Below are positions 9,100 through 17,260 of a DNA stretch of 32,805 bases, piece by piece. Location of the stretch: the IMG/VR virus record IMGVR_UViG_3300005077_000068, positions 1-32,805 of that record; one strand, written 5' to 3'. The DNA comes from a virus. Taxonomy: Duplodnaviria; Caudoviricetes. Numbering within the stretch: position 1 is the first letter of the stretch; the number at the start of each line of letters is the position of its first letter. Both the position numbers and the translations under genes were made by a program. The notes under the pieces are model-generated. The model did not search any database. It was not told the origin of the DNA and saw only the letters and a list, made by a program, of their open reading frames with translations.

Positions 9100-9570
9100 A
9101 TGAAGAGACTCATCCCGATCTCGATCGGCGCGATCCTCGCTGCGGTCGTGATCATCGGTCTGCTGCTGCCTGTACCGCAGGTGGATGCTGCGACCGGATC
9201 GAGGGTCGATCGTGTCAAGACGTCCGGCACCGACTCGCTCGCCGTCGCGACCATCGACACGAGTTCGACCTTCAGCATCAAAGGGTTGAAGAACATCGTG
9301 GTCGCGATCGAGTACGATGGCGACTCGGCGAAGGCGTACGTGGACTACTCGTTCGACAATACGCATTGGACGAACATCGTCGGCGCGACGCAGTTGAACG
9401 GAGCGCCGGGAACGACTGCCGTGCAGTTGTCGCGCGTGCTGACGCAGACGGCATCCGGTGGCGCGGCGTATCTGCCGTCGTTCATCGGCTACCAGCTTCG
9501 CGTGCGCGTGAACAACGACGACTCGGCGAGCAAGCTGACGAACCTGCGCTACTGGGTAATGTACGAGTAA
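9100..9570 (+). CDS. Signal-peptide-bearing beta-rich protein in the head module (possible decoration protein)
   Basis: MKR plus hydrophobic core plus VDA/A cleavage-like site; beta-strand-like mature part. Confidence 0.75.
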   Translation: MKRLIPISIGAILAAVVIIGLLLPVPQVDAATGSRVDRVKTSGTDSLAVATIDTSSTFSIKGLKNIVVAIEYDGDSAKAYVDYSFDNTHWTNIVGATQLNGAPGTTAVQLSRVLTQTASGGAAYLPSFIGYQLRVRVNNDDSASKLTNLRYWVMYE

Positions 9571-9588
9571 CCCAGGAGGAGACGGACG

Positions 9589-10200
9589 ATGAAGGACGAA
9601 GACGACCGCAACGCGGGCGGGAGCGACGGCGAGGACAACGCTGCCGCTGAAAGCCGTGGGAAGCTGTCGGAGCGTGAGCAGCAGATCGCCAACCGCGCGG
9701 AGAAGCGCGAGCGTCTGCGCCGGGAAGCCGCCGAGCGCAAGCTCGCCGAGCTGACGGCCAAGCTCGACACGCTGGACAAGGAGAAGCTCACCGAGTACGA
9801 ACGCCGCGAGAAGGAAGCCTACGAGCGCGGGCGCATGGAGGCCGAGGAAAAGCTGAAGGCGCAGACGGCGCGCGAGCGGAAGCTGTGGAAGGCAGAGCGT
9901 GCTCTGCTCTCCAAGCGGGCTGACCCGGACGCCGCGAAGCTGATCGACCTCGACGATCTGGCCGAGGACGACGACGTCGCGGAAGCTGTGGAAAAGCTGC
10001 TCGAAGCGAAGCCGCACCTGATCCTTCAGCAAGCCGAAGGGCATCCGGCTCAGGGCGGAACGCCGGGCCGCAAGAGCAGAGCGGAATCCGGCGGCGCGTG
10101 GACGCGCGCGCGCATCCGGTCGGTGATCGAAGCCGGTGAGTATGACAAGTACAGGGACGAGATCGCCAAGGCGAACCGCGAGGGACGAATCGTCGGGTAG
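9589..10200 (+). CDS. Head scaffolding protein
   Basis: Charged coiled-coil; C-terminal KPHL...REGRI; directly upstream of the capsid gene. Confidence 0.85.
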   Translation: MKDEDDRNAGGSDGEDNAAAESRGKLSEREQQIANRAEKRERLRREAAERKLAELTAKLDTLDKEKLTEYERREKEAYERGRMEAEEKLKAQTARERKLWKAERALLSKRADPDAAKLIDLDDLAEDDDVAEAVEKLLEAKPHLILQQAEGHPAQGGTPGRKSRAESGGAWTRARIRSVIEAGEYDKYRDEIAKANREGRIVG

Positions 10201-10226
10201 ACGCCGAGGCATGAGAGGAGATACGC

Positions 10227-11159
10227 ATGGCTGGGACTCAGGTTAGCGACGTTGGCAACATCATCCCCGAAGTCTGGTGCGGTGATGTCTTGACCGTGTT
10301 GCGGAAGGCTCCACCGCTGACGAAGTACATCAGCACGGACACCGACTTCGGCGGCGCGGTTGCACAGGTCGGAACGGTCATCAACGTCCACTACCCGGGA
10401 CCGATCGCTGCGGACACGAAGACCGCAGGCCAGGACTACGCGCTGGCGGTTCCGGCTGACGACAAGCTCGCGCTGTCGCTCAGCACTCTGGCGCACGTTA
10501 CGTGGATGTTCGAGGATCCGGCGGCGGTCGCGGTCAACCCCAAGGTGCATCAGGCGTACATCGACGACAGCGCGAAGGCTCTGGCGGAAGCCGTGAACAC
10601 GGCGATCTGCGCGCTGTACAACTCCACCGGCGGGCTCAGCGGCAGCGCGCCGTCTTCCTGCGGAACCGGCGGCGGCGGCGGCGTGCTGTACGCCGACGTC
10701 CGCGAAGCGGCGGCGAACCTCGACAACGCGAAGGTTCCGGACAGCGACCGCTACCTCTTCATCCATCCGACCGACATCGAAGCTCTGCGCGGCGACTCGT
10801 CGCTCGCGTCGTACTTCGCGATGGGTGATCCGGAAGCGATCCGCACCGGGAAGGTCGCTCAGCTCGCGGGGTTCGGTCTGGTCAAGTGTCCGCAGGTCGC
10901 TACCGGCAGCGTGCCGGGCGCGGGCTCGCGGGAGAACCTCGCCGTCCACAAGCGCGGGATGATCTTCGCGTCGCGGCCGCACGCGATGGCGGATATGCCG
11001 GGCGCTGAGTCGTACGCGATGAGCGACCCCGAGAGCGGGCTGGCGGTGACGGTCGTGAAGCAGTACAACATCCTGAAGGGCGGCCTCATCGTGTCGGTGC
11101 GCTGTCTGTACGGCGTGTCGATCCTCGACGATGCCGCTGTGGAGGTTGTTGCCGGATGA
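10227..11159 (+). CDS. Major capsid protein (HK97 fold)
   Basis: IIPEVW, GTVINV, LDNAKVPDSDRYLFIHP, G.V..LAGF and LYGV motifs. Confidence 0.9.
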   Translation: MAGTQVSDVGNIIPEVWCGDVLTVLRKAPPLTKYISTDTDFGGAVAQVGTVINVHYPGPIAADTKTAGQDYALAVPADDKLALSLSTLAHVTWMFEDPAAVAVNPKVHQAYIDDSAKALAEAVNTAICALYNSTGGLSGSAPSSCGTGGGGGVLYADVREAAANLDNAKVPDSDRYLFIHPTDIEALRGDSSLASYFAMGDPEAIRTGKVAQLAGFGLVKCPQVATGSVPGAGSRENLAVHKRGMIFASRPHAMADMPGAESYAMSDPESGLAVTVVKQYNILKGGLIVSVRCLYGVSILDDAAVEVVAG

Positions 11160-11500
11160 CGATGCAGGAACAACGCGACGCTCTGCGTGGTCGTTTCGTG
11201 TGGGTCGCTGACGTACACGGGTACCAGCAGGGCGTCGATCCTGCGCTGGTGGAGATGATCCTCCAGCGCGAGAAGGGATGGCGCAGGCTCAGCGACGAAG
11301 AGGTCGAAGCGCTCATGCTCGTCATGCTGCCGGATCCACCGGCTGACCTTGGCGCGCTGGTCGTCGATCCCGACACGCTGACGCCTGCGGAACAGGAAGC
11401 GGCTGGGTCGTTGGAGCAGGAGGCGGCGAGCGAAGAGCCTGAGCGAAAGCACGGGCGGAAGCGCCGTGACAGCGCCGAGACCGCGAACCCGGCCGAGTAG
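11156..11500 (+). CDS. Hypothetical protein (post-capsid)
   Basis: ATGA coupling; acidic and basic low-complexity tail. Confidence 0.7.
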   Translation: MTMQEQRDALRGRFVWVADVHGYQQGVDPALVEMILQREKGWRRLSDEEVEALMLVMLPDPPADLGALVVDPDTLTPAEQEAAGSLEQEAASEEPERKHGRKRRDSAETANPAE

Positions 11501-11512
11501 CAGGAGGCACCC

Positions 11513-12166
11513 ATGGCGCGGAATCTGTACCTCGCGGAAGCGGACCTGACCGCTGGCTTGCCGACTGGTCACGGGATGAGCACGGCAACGCTGACGGACA
11601 TCCGCACGAAGGCGAGCGACTGGATTGACGCTCAGTTCGGCGTCAACTACTGGGTGCCGTTCGCAGACATCGCGGCCACGCCGAGCACGCCCGCGCCCGT
11701 GCATGAGCTGGCCATGCTCTACGCGCAGTGGTACGGGCGTTGGAAGCTGGCACCGGCACATCGCAACGTCGCGGACACCGACCTGACCGCGATGCGGTTG
11801 CACATCGACACGGAGGTTGCCAAGTACCAAGGCGACGCGCCGAAAGCCAAGCTCGGTCCTGTGCAGGTATCAGCCGAGGCGATCACTTGGGGAGTCGGCG
11901 ACTACGACGACTGGGCGCTGCTCTCCAGTGGGAACAAGGACGTTGACGGCGAGTCGGCGTCGATGACGAGCGCGGACGGCGCGACCGTCTACCTCGCCTA
12001 CACGGATTTCCGCATCGGCTACAGCCACGAGTACCGAAGCTACTACGTGCAGCGGATGAGCAGCGAAACGCCCGACGGCGTGCTGCTCACCTACTGGTAC
12101 AGCCTGATCCGGCGGCGCGAGACCGACACGGCGCGCCCGCCTGAGGGAAGGGTCTACCTGTCGTGA
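11513..12166 (+). CDS. Head-tail adaptor/connector
   Basis: Position; Y..EADL...ASDWIDA...Y.VPF...P..V pattern of gp6/gp36-like adaptors. Confidence 0.7.
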   Translation: MARNLYLAEADLTAGLPTGHGMSTATLTDIRTKASDWIDAQFGVNYWVPFADIAATPSTPAPVHELAMLYAQWYGRWKLAPAHRNVADTDLTAMRLHIDTEVAKYQGDAPKAKLGPVQVSAEAITWGVGDYDDWALLSSGNKDVDGESASMTSADGATVYLAYTDFRIGYSHEYRSYYVQRMSSETPDGVLLTYWYSLIRRRETDTARPPEGRVYLS

Positions 12167-12633
12167 TCGGGCTCGACCAAAAGAGCGAGTACGCTTTGGT
12201 CCAGCTTGGGCCGAAGTTCGCCAAGTACCGCAAGGAGATCGGCAACGCCACGAAGCCGTTCATCCGCGTCTTCCAGATGTGGAAAGCGCTGACCGCTAAC
12301 GCATGGTCGAAGATGCGCAGGCAGGGCGGGATGTTTCGCGGCGAGATCTCGTGGGACGCGCTGAAGGACACGACGCGCCCGAAGCAGAAGGCAGCGATCA
12401 TTAATCAGGACAGCGGGCGGTTGAAGTCGTCGGTCGTGCAGCAGAAGATCGACATCCGCGACGAAGGGCGCGAGCTATGGATCGGCGCGCAGATGGTGGA
12501 GTACGGGCAGCACGCCTTCGGCATCGGCGGGCGCAACGTGCTCGTCTGGACGGCGCAGGATGACCGGAACGCTGTGAAGGTCTTCGACGGCTTTCTGCAG
12601 GAGAAGGCCGACAAGATCTTCGGGGGGCGATGA
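12163..12633 (+). CDS. Neck/virion morphogenesis protein (Mu gpG-like)
   Basis: W.AL...T and QDSGRLKSS motifs; position. Confidence 0.7.
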   Translation: MIGLDQKSEYALVQLGPKFAKYRKEIGNATKPFIRVFQMWKALTANAWSKMRRQGGMFRGEISWDALKDTTRPKQKAAIINQDSGRLKSSVVQQKIDIRDEGRELWIGAQMVEYGQHAFGIGGRNVLVWTAQDDRNAVKVFDGFLQEKADKIFGGR

Positions 12634-13121
12634 TGGCTTGGGCTGACTGGCGCACCTACCTCGAAGTCGCCATCGTCACGGCGATCAATGCGGACGCGTA
12701 CCTCGCCGTCGGCAGCGAGGACCCTGACGCCTACGATGTGAAGACCTTCACCTCGCTTCTGCCCACGATCGACGGCGTCGAGATGGAAACCTATCGCGGG
12801 CAGATGCCCTTCATGGCTTTTCGCGCGCTGCCGTCAGGAGACGTTGAACCGATGGGCGCGGGTTCGTACAAGTACCCGCTGGAAGTGGCGTTCCTGATCG
12901 CCTGCGAAGGTCATCCGGTCACGACGCCGCAAGAGCTTGTCGCGAAGATCCAATCGCGGACGATCCATGTCTTGCACGGCATCAACGGCGACGCGCTGGG
13001 TTGCGGTCACCAGATCGTCTTGGCGGATGTCAGCGGCGGCTTGCCGTTCATCAACGAAGGAGACCCAACGGTGGTCTTCGGTCGTGTGTCAGCAACGTTC
13101 CATGTAGTCTACTTCGCATAG
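12630..13121 (+). CDS. Putative tail terminator/completion protein
   Basis: Size and position before the tail tube gene. Confidence 0.55.
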   Translation: MMAWADWRTYLEVAIVTAINADAYLAVGSEDPDAYDVKTFTSLLPTIDGVEMETYRGQMPFMAFRALPSGDVEPMGAGSYKYPLEVAFLIACEGHPVTTPQELVAKIQSRTIHVLHGINGDALGCGHQIVLADVSGGLPFINEGDPTVVFGRVSATFHVVYFA

Positions 13122-13130
13122 GAGGGAGCG

Positions 13131-14291
13131 ATGGCTCTGGTCACTCTCACGAACCCGAGGCTCGGGCAGTCCCGCAAGCTGTACGTCAGCGCGGCGTACG
13201 AATCGACCTACGGCAGCGCGGCAACCCTGAGCCATATCATCGCGCACGATTGCTCGGCGAAGCCGCTCATGGAAACGCCGATCATGCTGCGCGACAACGC
13301 ATGGGCGAGCGGGAACCTGTCCGCGTCGGCGCGGCGCGCGTTCCGGCAGAAGGTGCTGGCGAACGGATCGTTCCCGGGGATCTTCGCCAGCATGGACGCC
13401 CTCGCCATCTTCATCAGCAAGCTGTTCTCCGACGACGACGTCGGCTCGCAGATCGGCGCGACCGGGTACTACCCGCACACAATGAAGATGAAGGACGCGC
13501 CGTACTTCCTGCACGGGATGACGATGGAGGAGCACCGCAACGGCGACACCGCCGACAGCGGACACGACATCCAGCTTCAGGGACAGGCGATCACCGGGCT
13601 GACGCTTCAGTTCGGCCTGACCGACTTCGGCAAGATCAGCATCGACTACCTCGGCAGCGGGCGCGTGAACAGCGCGCAGGACCGCACCGATGGCGACTTC
13701 ACCTACCCGCAGAAGTTCCTGTCGATGGATCGCGTGAAGGTGTACTGGGCTCCGATCGTCACGCAAGGCGACACGATCTGGGCCGGGACCTTCTCCACCG
13801 GATCAACGCAGGACGCTGGCGTGTTCGCGACTGCACCGTCTGGTGGCTTCACGGACATCAGCGGGCTGATCACCGGGCTGACGCTGAAGCTGCAGACCGG
13901 AGCGAGCGACGACAGCCGTGCCGGTGGTCAGTCGGCGGATTCCGGGTTCTACGGCGGGCCGCCGCTGGCGCGTGAACCGCTGGCGTTCCTCGACCTCGAC
14001 TTCTACAGCGGCGACACGCTGGAGGCTTGGCTGCGCGACTTCGCCGGGCAGACCTTCGACGACATGAATCAGGGGACCTTCGTCATCGACCTCGCGGGAA
14101 CGGTCGATGAGGAGTACGGGCAGATCGTGATTCCGGTGGCGACGCAGATCGGCGAGCCGGGCGGCGGCACCGGCGTCGGCGTGGTCACGCATACGGCGTC
14201 CTTCGCTGCGGACAAGGGATACGCGGGCACGATCGAGCAGCCGGTCGAATGCTCATTCCAGATCCACACGATCACGGCGCTCGGCGCGTAG
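13131..14291 (+). CDS. Major tail (tube) protein
   Basis: Position before chaperones and tape measure; G/T/D-rich beta composition; YPHT motif. Confidence 0.7.
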   Translation: MALVTLTNPRLGQSRKLYVSAAYESTYGSAATLSHIIAHDCSAKPLMETPIMLRDNAWASGNLSASARRAFRQKVLANGSFPGIFASMDALAIFISKLFSDDDVGSQIGATGYYPHTMKMKDAPYFLHGMTMEEHRNGDTADSGHDIQLQGQAITGLTLQFGLTDFGKISIDYLGSGRVNSAQDRTDGDFTYPQKFLSMDRVKVYWAPIVTQGDTIWAGTFSTGSTQDAGVFATAPSGGFTDISGLITGLTLKLQTGASDDSRAGGQSADSGFYGGPPLAREPLAFLDLDFYSGDTLEAWLRDFAGQTFDDMNQGTFVIDLAGTVDEEYGQIVIPVATQIGEPGGGTGVGVVTHTASFAADKGYAGTIEQPVECSFQIHTITALGA

Positions 14292-14299
14292 GAGGCAGC

Positions 14300-14641
14300 A
14301 TGGGGTCGCTTCGGCTGAAGGTCGATGTTGAGTTCGAGACCTGCGTGGTGACGTTCCTCGCGCCGCTGCGGGACACGGTCGTGAAAGGAGCCGAGCTGAT
14401 GCGCGAAGATTCCGCCGCTGACCCGATGGAGGTGCTGAAGCGCAACGACACGGCGTGGGCTCTGCTCGCGCCGCTGGTCGTGTCGGCGCAACCGAAGGAC
14501 GGCGGCGAACCGCTGGAAGGGAAGGCGGCGGTCGCGGCGCTCGAAGAGGACGGCGTGATGGGAGGCATGGCTGCGATGCAAGCGCTCGCCATGCTCATCT
14601 TTCGGGGTCGAAGAGCGCCTGTGCTCCTTGGTCTCGACTGA
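14300..14641 (+). CDS. Tail assembly chaperone (gpG-like)
   Basis: Between tube and tape measure genes; RBS GGAGG. Confidence 0.65.
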   Translation: MGSLRLKVDVEFETCVVTFLAPLRDTVVKGAELMREDSAADPMEVLKRNDTAWALLAPLVVSAQPKDGGEPLEGKAAVAALEEDGVMGGMAAMQALAMLIFRGRRAPVLLGLD

Positions 14642-14924
14642 TCTGGACGACATGGCGCACGACCGCGAGATCATCGACGGGCGCAAGAGCGGCGGGTTGC
14701 GGCTGTTCCACAGCGACCATCCGTGTCCTGCGCCGTCGATGTGCAAGATCGAGCGCGGCGTATGCCAGACTTGCAAGCGGCGCAACGTGTCGCCGCTGAC
14801 GATGCTGGTCTCCAGTCTGGCGCGGCTCTCGTTGGCAGGTGCCAGCGTGGGCGTTGACGACTACCCGATGGCTGTGTGGGCCGCGATGAGCATCGTGGTC
14901 GCACGGTCGAATGCGAGGTTGTGA
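14601..14924 (+). CDS. Tail assembly chaperone extension (gpT-like), probably reached by frameshift
   Basis: Overlapping +1 frame open from TTC 14601; no strong RBS of its own; Cys cluster CPAPSMC...CQTC. Confidence 0.55.
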   Translation, partial: FGVEERLCSLVSTDLDDMAHDREIIDGRKSGGLRLFHSDHPCPAPSMCKIERGVCQTCKRRNVSPLTMLVSSLARLSLAGASVGVDDYPMAVWAAMSIVVARSNARL

Positions 14925-16396
14925 TGGCTGTCGTCCCGCTGAAAATCCGCTACGACGGCAAGGACGCCGAGCGCGGCCTTGCCGGAATGACTGGCGAACT
15001 GAAGAAGCTCGCCGGTGCAACGCTCGCGTTCGTCGCTGCGAGCAAGGCGATCGGCTTCGCTAAGGACCAGTACCTGTCGTTCGTCGATGATGCGCGTGGG
15101 GCGAAGCTTCTGGACACCGAGATCAAGAAGCTCGGCGGCTCCATGTCGCTCTACAATCAGCAGCTTGACGAGATCCATAAGCAGACGTTCAAGCTGGCGA
15201 TCGACGACACGAAAATGGCCGACGCGCTGCGCGAAGTGGCGACCAAGACCGGCGACGCGGACAACGCGATGAAGTCGTGGAAGCTGATCCTCGACATCGC
15301 GAACAAGGAACAGATCGACTACGCGGCGGCGGCTGACATCGTAACGTCGGCGATGGTCGGCAATATGCGCGCGCTTGGCGCGCTCGGCGGCGAGTTCAAG
15401 GTGTTCGCCAAGGAGAACGTCGACCTTCAGCACACGTTCGAAGGCTCGCAGAAAGCCATCGACTTGCTAATGGAGAAGTACGAAGGCGCGAGCGAAGAGC
15501 GCATGGAAACGGTCTCCGGGCAGATGGACCGGATCAAGACCACGTGGAACGAGATACTCGAGCAGCTTACAAGGCTCGCGACCGGCGACATGGACAAACA
15601 GCTTGAGTTCTGGAAGTCGATCGGCGACCTGATGGAGCGTTTCGCGCTTGCGCTGGACCGCATCAACGCCAGTAAGCTCGGGGAGGTGATACGAGCGATC
15701 GTGGCGCTGCACAGTCTGTGGTCCAACACGTTCGGGCTCAACCGAATGTTGAACACGTTCCTGCCGCCGATGTCCGACGTCGAGGACCGCAGGCGCGACA
15801 ATCAACCGCCGCCGAAGCCGGACCCGGCGCGCGTGCCGCGACCTGCGATGCCGCAGCGCCCGGTGTTTGACTTCGGCGAGTTCGAGATGCACGACCTGAC
15901 CGACAACTCGTGGGAGTCCGGTCACGCGATCAATCAGCAGCGGATCGCTGAGCAGAAGGAGCTTCTTGATCAATGGCATGAGTCGATGGCGAAGGAGCTA
16001 GAGGCGAACAAGAAGATGCTCGACGATCTGGCGGCAGCGTACCAGGAAAAGCTGGAGACCGTCGCCGGGTATCTCGAAGGCGCGTTCAACGTGCTGTTTG
16101 CCAATATGCGCGACGGCTTCAAGGCAACCGTGGACGCGATGGCGAACTACTTGTTTCAGCAGATCACGGCGGCAATCGCGAAGATCATGGCGCGGATGGT
16201 GGCGACGAAGCTCCTCGGCTTCATGTTCGGCGGTCCGCTGGGCGCAGCCGGTGCCTCTGCCGCGACGAGCGCCGGATCGTCCGCGCCCGGTGGCGTCGGT
16301 GGCGGCTGGGGAATGTACGGCTCTGCGCCCGGCGTCTTCTCTGGCGTGAGCGCGGCGCGCACGGGAAGCCTCATCGCACGATCGGCAAGGTGGTGA
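14924..16396 (+). CDS. Tape measure protein (short, ~490 aa)
   Basis: Helical A/K/E/L-rich sequence with a Gly-rich C-terminus; position. Confidence 0.8.
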   Translation: MAVVPLKIRYDGKDAERGLAGMTGELKKLAGATLAFVAASKAIGFAKDQYLSFVDDARGAKLLDTEIKKLGGSMSLYNQQLDEIHKQTFKLAIDDTKMADALREVATKTGDADNAMKSWKLILDIANKEQIDYAAAADIVTSAMVGNMRALGALGGEFKVFAKENVDLQHTFEGSQKAIDLLMEKYEGASEERMETVSGQMDRIKTTWNEILEQLTRLATGDMDKQLEFWKSIGDLMERFALALDRINASKLGEVIRAIVALHSLWSNTFGLNRMLNTFLPPMSDVEDRRRDNQPPPKPDPARVPRPAMPQRPVFDFGEFEMHDLTDNSWESGHAINQQRIAEQKELLDQWHESMAKELEANKKMLDDLAAAYQEKLETVAGYLEGAFNVLFANMRDGFKATVDAMANYLFQQITAAIAKIMARMVATKLLGFMFGGPLGAAGASAATSAGSSAPGGVGGGWGMYGSAPGVFSGVSAARTGSLIARSARW

Positions 16397-16399
16397 CGC

Positions 16400-17260
16400 A
16401 TGGGAAGCTGGAAGCTGTGCGCCAACGATCTCGGGTTCCGCCAGTACGCGGCGCTGTCCGCGACGGCTGGAACCGATACTGTGAAGAACACCGCTGACGG
16501 CGACCCGGCGTCGAAGTGGCTGGTCGCCGCGACTGGCGCAACGATCACGCGCACGACTGGCGGCGCGTACACGTATCGCGGGTTCGGCATCGCTGGATCC
16601 AGCGGGCTCGCTGGCGCGCAGCTTGTCTTCGAGACCTACGCGAGCGGCGCGTGGACGACGCGCAAGACGATCGCGTCCGGGCTCGTGCCGGGTTACGACT
16701 TCGCGTGGATCAGCGACACCGGCTACAGCGCAACGGCTGTGCGCCTTGTGATCAGCAGCGCCGGGAACCCGTTCTCCATCGGATGCGTCGGCTGGCTCGG
16801 CGACTACGGCTACAACTACCTCGGCGCGCTGACCAACGCCAGCGGCTACGGCATCCTCGCGCTTGGCGATGTCGCGACGCCCGGTGGCGTCCGCTACCCG
16901 ATCGTGAAAGGGATCGACTCTGGAGTCGTCCACGTGCAATCGGCCGGCGGGTTCATCCAGTCGCAGCTTGTGCGCGGAAGCTCGAAGGAGATCCAGCTCG
17001 CGCTTCAGGACATGCAGGGCGCGCGCGGATACGCGTTCGACAAGATCATGCAGTCCTTCTTCCCGTCCGTGCCGGACGACTCCTACACAAACAGGGGATG
17101 GGCGAAACCGTGCTGGCTGATCAGCGATGAGTGGACCGACGATGCCAACTACGCAGCCGACCACGTGATCGCCGCGCCCGGCTTCTCGCTCGGGTATCAG
17201 GTTCACTCGCCGAGCGGGCTGGTCTCCTGCTCGCTCGTTTTCAGGACGCTGCCGCGATGA
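16400..17260 (+). CDS. Putative distal tail protein
   Basis: Follows the tape measure gene; G/A/S/T/Y-rich. Confidence 0.6.
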   Translation: MGSWKLCANDLGFRQYAALSATAGTDTVKNTADGDPASKWLVAATGATITRTTGGAYTYRGFGIAGSSGLAGAQLVFETYASGAWTTRKTIASGLVPGYDFAWISDTGYSATAVRLVISSAGNPFSIGCVGWLGDYGYNYLGALTNASGYGILALGDVATPGGVRYPIVKGIDSGVVHVQSAGGFIQSQLVRGSSKEIQLALQDMQGARGYAFDKIMQSFFPSVPDDSYTNRGWAKPCWLISDEWTDDANYAADHVIAAPGFSLGYQVHSPSGLVSCSLVFRTLPR

